Source: Magnetococcales bacterium (GTDB lineage Bacteria > Pseudomonadota > Magnetococcia > Magnetococcales > UBA8363). From it: a stretch of 64,000 nt of DNA. This document shows positions 39,818 through 47,564 of the stretch, one piece after another. The stretch spans positions 5,305 through 69,304 of the forward strand of contig JACSDG010000027.1 in assembly GCA_015660855.1 (NCBI GenBank), given 5' to 3'. The stretch's first letter is position 1, and every line of letters starts with the position of its first letter. The notes beneath the pieces were generated by a model. That model made no database searches and was not told the origin of the DNA. It saw nothing but the letters and a program-made list of their open reading frames with translations. A program made the translations under genes and the position numbers.

Positions 39818-39904
39818 TGGTGCCGGGAGAGGGAATCGAACCCACATGGGGTTGCCCCCGCCAGATTTTGAGTCTGGTGCGTCTACCAATTTCGCCATCC
39901 CGGC
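39818..39904 (-). tRNA. tRNA-Leu (anticodon CAA)
   Basis: The reverse complement reads GCCGGGATGGCGAAATTGGTAGACGCACCAGACTCAAAATCTGGCGGGGGCAACCCCATGTGGGTTCGATTCCCTCTCCCGGCACCA. Acceptor stem GCCGGGA/TCCCGGC; anticodon stem CCAGA/TCTGG with loop CTCAAAA. Long variable arm (GGGG..CCCC), GGTTCGATTCC T-loop, and an encoded CCA. Confidence 0.9.
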
Positions 39905-40055
39905 ACACACAAGACCCATTTTGGCAAAAATGAGATGTAAAGTCAAATGGCCCCTTGGCAATTCGCTTGTTTTTTAGCAGAATCTGGTTCTGGGAGACGG
40001 TACCCTAAAATCTCCCCCCCAAAAATCATCGTCGTTATTACAGGAGGACGTACTT

Positions 40056-40478
40056 ATGGCGAATCATCCTGCCGCCAAGAGATTTATCGTGGCCATCACC
40101 CTGGGAGCGGCCTCCGGCTTGCTTTGCATTTTCCTGGCTGCCCAAGGACAACCGCAACTGGCCAGTTTTTCCCATCCCATCGCTTGGGCCATTTTCACCG
40201 ACCGCATTTTGATCGGCATGGTCGTAGCGTTTGCGGGGGCTTACACGGTTCATCCCATCCTGGGCTTTGCCTATCGACCATGGTTGCGGGGTAGCTGCAT
40301 GGGAGCTGTGGTGTCGCTGCCCATCGCGGCGGGGGCACTCGGTGGCCCAACGCCCGAATCCATGTCCGCTTGGACGATCTTCACGGCTACCGTCTTGGTC
40401 GGGACGTTGTATGGGGCCGTCATCGACGTAATTGCCACAAAAATCGGCGGCGAAGGGGCCAGCCTGCTGCCATCCTGA
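40056..40478 (+). CDS. Small hydrophobic membrane protein (about 4 TM helices), function unknown
   Basis: 140-aa ORF preceded by the RBS CAGGAGGA. Consecutive hydrophobic helices (FIVAITLGAASGLLCIFLAA, ILIGMVVAFAGAYTV, CMGAVVSLPIAAGAL, IFTATVLVGTLYGAVIDVIA). Confidence 0.45.
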   Translation: MANHPAAKRFIVAITLGAASGLLCIFLAAQGQPQLASFSHPIAWAIFTDRILIGMVVAFAGAYTVHPILGFAYRPWLRGSCMGAVVSLPIAAGALGGPTPESMSAWTIFTATVLVGTLYGAVIDVIATKIGGEGASLLPS

Positions 40479-40536
40479 CGACTTCGCAAACCAGAGTGGG
40501 GGGGGGGCATGTGGCTCCCTCTCCCCCCATGGATCC

Positions 40537-43500
40537 CTAGCCGAGGGCCATGGTTTTTATGGCAACATAGTCCAGTTTTCCGGTGCCCAGCACGGGAACT
40601 TTATCGACGATCATGATTTTTTTCGGAACCATCAATTCGGGGATTCCCTTTTTTCTGGCATCCTCCAGCCAATCGTTGCGGTTGGCCCCGGGGTCGTCGG
40701 TGACCAGAACCACCTGTTCTCCTTTTTTTGGATCGGCCACGGCGACAACGGCGTGCACACGACCGGGCCACAAGGTGGCCGCCTGGTTTTCCACCGCCGT
40801 CAGGGAAACCATCTCCCCTGCCAGTTTGGCAAAACGTTTGACCCGACCTGCGATGGTGACATACCCTTGATCGTCCACTTCCACGATGTCTCCCGTGTCG
40901 TACCAACCATCCTTGGGAGGTTCCAGAACGCCGGGATGCTCGGTACGCAAATAGCCCTTCATGACGTTAGGCCCCGAAACCAACAATTGGCCGCCGTTTT
41001 CAATCCCGGGGATTTTTTCCAAGCGGTAATGAATGCCCGGTAAAAACCGTCCCACCGTGCCGGGTCGATAGTGCATGGCGGTATTGGTGGCAAGGGCGGG
41101 GGCCGTTTCGGTGGCACCATACCCCTCGAAAATGCGCAACCCAAACCGATCCATCCACATCCTGCGGGTATCTTCCTTGACCTTTTCGGCCCCGGCAAAA
41201 ACATACCGGACACTGTAATAATCATAAGGGTTGGAAACCCGGGCATAACCTTTGAGAAACGTATCGGTTCCAAACATAATGGTGGCGTTACAGTCGTAAA
41301 CCATCTCCGGGACAATGCGATAATGCAGAGGCGAGGGATAGACAAAAGATTTGATCCCCGACAAGACCGGCAATAACAATCCCGCCGTCAATCCGAACGA
41401 ATGAAAGATCGGCAAAGCATTAAAGACGATGTCGGTGGGATTGTAGTCGATGCGGGCACTGAGTTGGCGACAATTGGCCATCAGGTTGCGATGACTCAAA
41501 ACCACCCCCTTGGGCGTTCCCTCGGACCCGGAGGTGAACAGTACCACCGCAGCGGCATCGGGATCCCCTTTTCTTCCCCCCAGCACCAGATCCCTACGCC
41601 CCCGCAGCCATCCCCACATTTTTTCTACTTTCCCCAACCTTTGGAAAATATCCTCCAGGTAGAGAATGCGGATGGATGCGTCCAATTCACCCAGAACCTC
41701 TTGCAAGCGGGCCATGGCAACAAACCGTCGGGAGGTCAGTATGGTTTGTACTTGGGCCGCGATGCAGGCATTGCGTATGTTATTGAGTCCAGAGGAAAAA
41801 TTAAGCATTGCCGGGACCATGCCCGCAGCTTGAAGACCAAAAAAGGCCGATACCCCTGCGACCGAATTGGGCATTAACAGGCCTATTGTCGCACCCGGGT
41901 TGGCATAACCGCGAAAACGCCGACCCAATATTCGGCTGATTGTAATAAGGCGATCATAGGTAACAGGTTGGCGCTGAATATCTTCCAGTACATGGAAACC
42001 GCCGCCATAGATGATGCGGGCTTCCAGCAGGGCATGATCCAGGGTTTGATCCCAGCAACTGGTTGCAAAGACCATTCCGCTAAGAAGGTCATACAATTGT
42101 TGCCCCAAAATCTGGCGACGTTGCCGTCCCTTGATTTCCCGATCCACTTCAAAACGCCGGGGAGGCAGCATGGTTAAAACAATTTTGGGAAACCAGCGCA
42201 ATCGCACTTTGCCTTTCAGGCGGGAAAAGGGGGTAAATTGTGCGCCGTCGATGCGGATGGGAACCACAACGGCGTCGGCCCGATCCGCGATCAATCCCGG
42301 TCCTTCATAGATTTTCATCAGGGCACCGGTGACGGTTATTCTGCCTTCGGGAAAAATGACGCACCTGCGCCCCTCCTTGACCCATTTGGCCAACGATTTG
42401 ATGGCGAATGGACTGGACGGATCGAGCGCAAAGGCATCGATTAAGCGGAGAAAAGGGCGAACCCACCATTTTCCCGCCATATGGGTATTGATGGCGAAGG
42501 TTGGTTTTCCAGGCATGTAGGTCGCCAGCAATGCCGCATCCAGAAAGGAGACATGATTAACCACAATGACTGCGCGTTCTCCCACCGACTCCCAATGGTG
42601 CCAACCTTTAAGTTCAACCCGGTACAAAAGCCCAAACAGGCGCGCAAGCAGCGTTTTGACCAAGGCGTCGGGCAGAAGTTTGCAGATATAAGAGGCCACC
42701 AAAAGGTTGGCCACGGCCATGGCGAGGAAAATACCCGGAATGGTAAAACCCAGGGCGAGCAAAACAACGGTTGACAAGGCCGATACCACCATGAAAAGGG
42801 CATTCATGATATTGTTGCCGGCAATGACCTGGGAGCGATTTTCCACACTGCTTGATGTTTGCATGATGGCATAGAGTGGGACGATATAGATTCCGGAGGC
42901 GATGGCCATGCCCAACAGATCGACCAGGATGCGCCAGTTGGCGACGTGCCCCAGGAACGTTGTCACTCCGATGAGTTCTCCCGGGATGACTCTTTGGCTG
43001 GCGGCCACCAGGTCGATGGAAAACAGGGCCATTCCCAAAGCTCCCAACGGGACATATTGCGCACTCACCCGACCCGCCAACAATCGATTGCACATCAGCG
43101 ACCCCAGGCCGATCCCCACGGAAAAAACTGTGAGAAACAGCACCACCACTTCTTCGTTGCCGCCGATGATGTCTTTGGCAAAGGTGGGAAACTGGGTCAA
43201 ATAGGTAGCCCCCGTCAACCAAAACCAGGAGATACCCATAATGGACAGAAAAACCTCACGCTGCTTTGCGGACTGGCGCATGATGGACCAGGTGCTGCTG
43301 ATGAGGTTGGTTTCGATAACCAGGGAAGGACAGGCAGCGGCGGCCTGGGGGATGAACCGGCTGGAATACCAGCCACCGACGGCAATCAGCATGATGGCCA
43401 ACATGATGAGTTCAACGCCATTTTCCTTCAGGACGACCAGACCACTGGCAATGGTTCCCAACAGAATGGCCAAAAATGTTCCTGCCTCCACGAAGGCGTT

Positions 43501-43983
43501 ACCGGCGATCAATTCTTCCTTGGCCAGATGATTGGGGAGGATGGCGTATTTTACGGGGCCGAAAAAGGTGGCTTGGGCACCCAACAAAAACAACACCGTG
43601 AGGAGAAACCACAGGTTGCCGAGGACAAATCCCAGACAGGCCAGCCCCATGATGGCGATTTCGGCCAGTTTGATCCGGCGGATCAACTGCGATTTTTCCG
43701 ATTTGTCGGCCCACTGCCCGGCAAGGGCGGAAAAAAGAAAAAAGGGAAGAATGAACAATCCACCCGCCAGACTGACCAGGATGCGTCCATCCATGTTTGC
43801 TTCGGCGGCAATGCGATAGGTGATCAGCATGACCAGCGCATTCTTAAATACATTGTCGTTCAGGGCACCCAAAAACTGGGTGACAAACAGCGGGCCTAGG
43901 CGTTTACTTTGCAATAGTTCAATATTTCCGCCATGAATCATGGCATTCTCCTGAAAGACGGGTGCGGCCATGGACTGTTCCAT
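40537..43983 (-). CDS. Fusion protein: LplT-like MFS lysophospholipid transporter + PlsC-type acyltransferase + acyl-ACP synthetase (Aas)
   Basis: 1148-aa ORF. N-terminal MFS region (LGPLFVTQFLGALNDNVFKNALVML, ~12 TM helices). Acyltransferase motif VVNHVSFLDAALLA...FPEGRIT. AMP-binding motifs LFTSGSEGTPKGVVLSHRN, YGATETAP, GWYDTGD, GRVKRFAKLAGEMVS. Confidence 0.85.
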   Translation of the reverse strand: MEQSMAAPVFQENAMIHGGNIELLQSKRLGPLFVTQFLGALNDNVFKNALVMLITYRIAAEANMDGRILVSLAGGLFILPFFLFSALAGQWADKSEKSQLIRRIKLAEIAIMGLACLGFVLGNLWFLLTVLFLLGAQATFFGPVKYAILPNHLAKEELIAGNAFVEAGTFLAILLGTIASGLVVLKENGVELIMLAIMLIAVGGWYSSRFIPQAAAACPSLVIETNLISSTWSIMRQSAKQREVFLSIMGISWFWLTGATYLTQFPTFAKDIIGGNEEVVVLFLTVFSVGIGLGSLMCNRLLAGRVSAQYVPLGALGMALFSIDLVAASQRVIPGELIGVTTFLGHVANWRILVDLLGMAIASGIYIVPLYAIMQTSSSVENRSQVIAGNNIMNALFMVVSALSTVVLLALGFTIPGIFLAMAVANLLVASYICKLLPDALVKTLLARLFGLLYRVELKGWHHWESVGERAVIVVNHVSFLDAALLATYMPGKPTFAINTHMAGKWWVRPFLRLIDAFALDPSSPFAIKSLAKWVKEGRRCVIFPEGRITVTGALMKIYEGPGLIADRADAVVVPIRIDGAQFTPFSRLKGKVRLRWFPKIVLTMLPPRRFEVDREIKGRQRRQILGQQLYDLLSGMVFATSCWDQTLDHALLEARIIYGGGFHVLEDIQRQPVTYDRLITISRILGRRFRGYANPGATIGLLMPNSVAGVSAFFGLQAAGMVPAMLNFSSGLNNIRNACIAAQVQTILTSRRFVAMARLQEVLGELDASIRILYLEDIFQRLGKVEKMWGWLRGRRDLVLGGRKGDPDAAAVVLFTSGSEGTPKGVVLSHRNLMANCRQLSARIDYNPTDIVFNALPIFHSFGLTAGLLLPVLSGIKSFVYPSPLHYRIVPEMVYDCNATIMFGTDTFLKGYARVSNPYDYYSVRYVFAGAEKVKEDTRRMWMDRFGLRIFEGYGATETAPALATNTAMHYRPGTVGRFLPGIHYRLEKIPGIENGGQLLVSGPNVMKGYLRTEHPGVLEPPKDGWYDTGDIVEVDDQGYVTIAGRVKRFAKLAGEMVSLTAVENQAATLWPGRVHAVVAVADPKKGEQVVLVTDDPGANRNDWLEDARKKGIPELMVPKKIMIVDKVPVLGTGKLDYVAIKTMALG

Positions 43984-44357
43984 CCAGGGCCAATGAGATC
44001 ATTAAAGACCGGACCATGGGCCATTTCTTCCATGGACTAGGGATGTTACTACCCCAAGCTGGCGGGTCAACGCCAGGGAAATGATACCATGGCGCATCAT
44101 TCGCGCATCGTGGGTTCCCAGATTTCAAACTTTTTGAGTGGTCCCCGATTGTCCGGACAGAAAAATAAACATTTCTAAAGAATATTATCTTGCGCCAGGG
44201 ATGAATTCAAATTATCATCGAAACGCACGCTTAGTTTGGAGTGCGCGTCTGGACCATACCTTCGGTATTTCTTTCAGATCCGTGGGTTTTGCAGGAGGAT
44301 GTGCGTCCGAGTAGTCTATGGGAAATGATCCGAAACGATAACCACAGGGGGCTTCAA

Positions 44358-45158
44358 ATGAACTTCAATCCTATGACTTCCATTTACAGTAAAGGAAATG
44401 CTTGTTTTTTAGCAAACATTTCAAATCTTGTGTATGAAAAAGATGAAAAAAAAATTGAAACTGCGGCGACCTTGCTCGGATACAAGGCCAAATCTTTTTC
44501 AATAGAAAAAGAGTCAATTTATGACACAGAGTGCACAGTATTCTACAATGATAGCTGCGTCATCGTCGCCTTTCGTGGGACGGAACCCGGTAGTTTGAAA
44601 GATTGGTTGACTGATGCGCAGATTACCTTTGCGTCCTACTTGAACGTCCACGTTCACCATGGGTTCAGTCATGCCCTGAGTTTGATATTTGAGGATGTGC
44701 TTAAGTTTCTCGACTCTTTGCGAATGGATCCGCATCCGAGGACATATTGGTTCACTGGGCACAGCCTGGGGGCGGCACTCGCAACCTTGATGGCCACACG
44801 TCTTTGCCTTGAAAAAAAATGGCCTGTCAATGGTGTCTATACCTATGGCTCACCACGCGTTGGCGATGGTGATTTTGCCAGAATGTACAACAGCCATCTC
44901 CTTCAAGTCACCTTCAGACATGTCAACAACAATGATGTCGTAACTCGGGTTCCATCAAGAGTTTTTTCATACGATCATGTGGGGCAGTTGCGTTATTTTG
45001 ATAGTTCTGGAAATTGTCACACCGATATCACCCATTGGAACTTGTTTTTGGACCGCATCAATGGTGATTGGAAAGGTTTTTTTATACTTGATCATTTTAA
45101 AGATCACTTGATGAAAAATTACTGTGCTTTAAGCTGTAATGACAAGCCGTGTGAATAG
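44358..45158 (+). CDS. Class 3 (fungal-type) lipase family protein
   Basis: VVAFRGTEPGSLKDWLTD...GFSHA and the nucleophile elbow WFTGHSLGAALATL, then YTYGSPRVGD. ATG 44358 (RBS AGGGGG upstream) is preferred over the GTG at 44241. Confidence 0.75.
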   Translation: MNFNPMTSIYSKGNACFLANISNLVYEKDEKKIETAATLLGYKAKSFSIEKESIYDTECTVFYNDSCVIVAFRGTEPGSLKDWLTDAQITFASYLNVHVHHGFSHALSLIFEDVLKFLDSLRMDPHPRTYWFTGHSLGAALATLMATRLCLEKKWPVNGVYTYGSPRVGDGDFARMYNSHLLQVTFRHVNNNDVVTRVPSRVFSYDHVGQLRYFDSSGNCHTDITHWNLFLDRINGDWKGFFILDHFKDHLMKNYCALSCNDKPCE

Positions 45159-45220
45159 AGGATTCTCAATCGGGAATACTCAGGCTGGTTGAAATTCAGA
45201 AAAAATGAATGAATAGATTC

Positions 45221-45392
45221 AGGGGGTGACCATTCGGTCCCCCCCTGGCATGTGATGCCCTTCGAGCAAGAACCAAAAACCTGGGGGCTTTGCTCCCAGA
45301 CCTCCATAGGCAATGATTTTTTTCATTTTAATCCAAAAGCAAAACCTTGGAGGCAGCAGCCTCCAAGGTTTTGCTTTTTGCCCGGAGGGCAT
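45221..45392. repeat. Intergenic repeat variant (modules E'-D'-C'...C-D) with a perfect 14-bp-stem hairpin
   Basis: AGGGGGTGACCATTCGGTCCCCCCC...; AAAACCTTGGAGGC-AGCA-GCCTCCAAGGTTTT at ~45342-45373; TTTGCCCGGAGGGCATCATGTTCC. Confidence 0.85.
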
Positions 45393-45521
45393 CATGTTCC
45401 TGGTTATCTTGTAACTCCGGAAGAAGTCCTTAAACATTACCTGGACTCCCTTGACATGACCCAGACTCAGCTGGCATCGCAGTCTGGATTGGCTCAAACA
45501 GCCTACCTGGAAAGGAAGTAA
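45390..45521 (+). pseudogene. XRE-family helix-turn-helix fragment (both ends truncated)
   Basis: ...LVTPEEVLKHYLDSLDMTQTQLASQSGLAQTAYLERK* resembles the first two-thirds of an XRE/HigA-type HTH (L(T/S)Q.ELA..SG.....I...ERGK). It has no start codon of its own; the upstream in-frame sequence is the repeat element. Confidence 0.3.
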
Positions 45522-45687
45522 TAAAATTTGCCTTGCCATCCCTTCATGCTGTAGGGTTCCCTGGGGTGCGATAACACGGATTTCGATCCGGACTGCGGAC
45601 ATGTTCGCCAGTGGATGCGGTTTCCTAATAGTGTAACCATCCCATTAACCGTAACCGTCGATTGACTTACAGATTGGAAAGACAACC

Positions 45688-46524
45688 ATGAGAATTCTCT
45701 ACTTTTTTGTCGTTTTTTTTCTCTCCCTGACTTTCATGCCGACGCCATGGGCCAGTGCCGGACTTTTCGATGACATCCTCAAGGAAGCCGCGCGAGGCCA
45801 AGTTCCCGCCAACCAGAATCCGGGCTTTCCCCAAAACCAGTCCATCATACCTACCGGCCCCGTTCCCGCCCGCCACATCATCGTTTCCGTCCCCGATACC
45901 CGTTCCTTCGGTCTGGGTAAACAAACCGATCAGTGGAGTTGCGGTGCCCATGTGGCAGCGCGTCTGGCCCGTTTTTATGGACGCAATGTGACCTACCAAC
46001 AAGCCATGATGGACCGCTTGGCCATCGGTATTCCCACCATGGAAAAACTGTCCCGATTCGATCCCAGTGCCAACATGATATTCAAAAGCGCGGCGGCGGC
46101 CTACGGTCAGGATTCCCTGGTCAAATTTTTCGGCAGTTCCGCCGAAGAGGAAAAAATGCTGCTCAGTCGCCAGTTTGGTGGGGTCAACCTTAAAGAAATG
46201 GCTACCTTTGATGATCTGAAAACCATACTGGCGCAAAATAAACCCGTGGCCGTCATGATCACCAACGGGATTCGTCAGGAACCCATGCTTGACAAGCTGC
46301 TCAAAAAAGAAGTCAAACTCAACTATTACCACTGGGTTTTAGTGTTCGGCTATGACGATTCCAGCCGCTCCATCCACTATGCCGATTCCTACGCCGATCA
46401 ACACCAGGTGATCTCCTACGATGATTTTCAAAATCGCTGGAACACCAGGGAACGTGGTTTTTTCCTCAACATCGGCACCGGAATGTTTGTTTCCGAACGC
46501 ACCATGGTCTGGGTCGATGGTTAA
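45688..46524 (+). CDS. Secreted papain-fold (peptidase C39-like) protein
   Basis: Signal peptide MRILYFFVVFFLSLTFMPTPWASA. Candidate nucleophile in QTDQWSCGAHVAARLARFYG and a candidate His in NYYHWVLVFGYDD, as in C39-like domains. Confidence 0.5.
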   Translation: MRILYFFVVFFLSLTFMPTPWASAGLFDDILKEAARGQVPANQNPGFPQNQSIIPTGPVPARHIIVSVPDTRSFGLGKQTDQWSCGAHVAARLARFYGRNVTYQQAMMDRLAIGIPTMEKLSRFDPSANMIFKSAAAAYGQDSLVKFFGSSAEEEKMLLSRQFGGVNLKEMATFDDLKTILAQNKPVAVMITNGIRQEPMLDKLLKKEVKLNYYHWVLVFGYDDSSRSIHYADSYADQHQVISYDDFQNRWNTRERGFFLNIGTGMFVSERTMVWVDG

Positions 46525-46637
46525 AAATTGTTAAACCCTCTTGCGGGAGGTACCCACGCTACCTATCTTAATCGGCGGCGTCGCATCCGTGGCATTCCAG
46601 GGATGCTTTTCTCATAAAAATTTGGGGAGTGTGAAAC

Positions 46638-47564
46638 GTGATCGAAGTCAAAGGCCTGTCCCGGCACTACGGCGGTCTTGCCGTTGTGGATGACGTATCC
46701 TTCCACATAGGACGCGGTGAGGTGGTCGGCCTGTTGGGACATAATGGTGCCGGAAAAACCACCATCATGCGCATGGTTACCGGATTCCTTGAACCTACTT
46801 CCGGTCGGATTACCATTGATGGTCTTCATATCGGCCCCTCCACCCGGGAAATCCAGAAACGCATCGGTTATCTCCCGGAGAACTGCCCACTCTGGCCCGA
46901 AATGACCGTGGTGGATTTTCTCGATTTTCAAGCCACGCTGCATGGCCTGGCCGACGATGACCGACCGCGGGCGTTACGGGAAACCATCGCCCGTACCGGA
47001 CTCAAAGAAAAAGCCCTGGCCCCGATTTATACCTTATCGCGTGGTTATCGTCAGCGTGTCGGGGTCGCCCAGGCGATTTTGCATCATCCAAAAATTGTCA
47101 TCCTTGACGAACCCACCAACGGTCTCGACCCGACCCAGATTCGCCACATGCGTACCCTGATCGGCGAATTGGCCAAAGAGGCCACGGTGATTGTATCCAC
47201 CCACATTTTGCAGGAAGTCCAGGCGATATGTGCGCGGGTTTTAATCCTTCGTTCGGGACGCTTGGTGGTGGATGCCAGGCTGGATGCCCTGGAATCGGAT
47301 TCCCGTCTATTGGTGACCATCGACCAGGAAGGGGAATCCATCCTCAAGGCGATTCCCGGTGTTGCTTCGGTGCGGAAAACCTCTGCCAGTCAGGGGCAGC
47401 ATGGATACATTCTCAATGCCGCATTCGCAACTGCCCCCATGGTGGCCAAAAGATTGGCAGAAGCCAATATCGCCCTGTTTGCCCTGCAACCGGAAAAACG
47501 CGATCTGGAAACCGTATTCGCAGAGGCTAATGATATTCACCAACCAGAGGGAGGGGTGAAATGA
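46638..47564 (+). CDS. ABC transporter ATP-binding protein (ABC-2/GldA-like)
   Basis: Walker A GHNGAGKTT, signature LSRGYRQRV, Walker B IVILDEPTNGLD. GTG start after the RBS GGGGAG. Confidence 0.9.
   Translation: MIEVKGLSRHYGGLAVVDDVSFHIGRGEVVGLLGHNGAGKTTIMRMVTGFLEPTSGRITIDGLHIGPSTREIQKRIGYLPENCPLWPEMTVVDFLDFQATLHGLADDDRPRALRETIARTGLKEKALAPIYTLSRGYRQRVGVAQAILHHPKIVILDEPTNGLDPTQIRHMRTLIGELAKEATVIVSTHILQEVQAICARVLILRSGRLVVDARLDALESDSRLLVTIDQEGESILKAIPGVASVRKTSASQGQHGYILNAAFATAPMVAKRLAEANIALFALQPEKRDLETVFAEANDIHQPEGGVK

Noticed and set aside
42859-43899. 346-aa plus-strand ORF antisense to the LplT-Aas fusion gene
   Set aside because: Its translation is Gly/Asp/Gln/His-rich and low-complexity. 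The minus-strand frame carries unambiguous MFS topology and family motifs.
45252-45389. N-terminal half of the 89-aa ORF 45252-45521 as genuine coding sequence
   Set aside because: These codons are simply the translated repeat element; the same DNA occurs non-coding at other loci. Only the last ~40 codons resemble an HTH.
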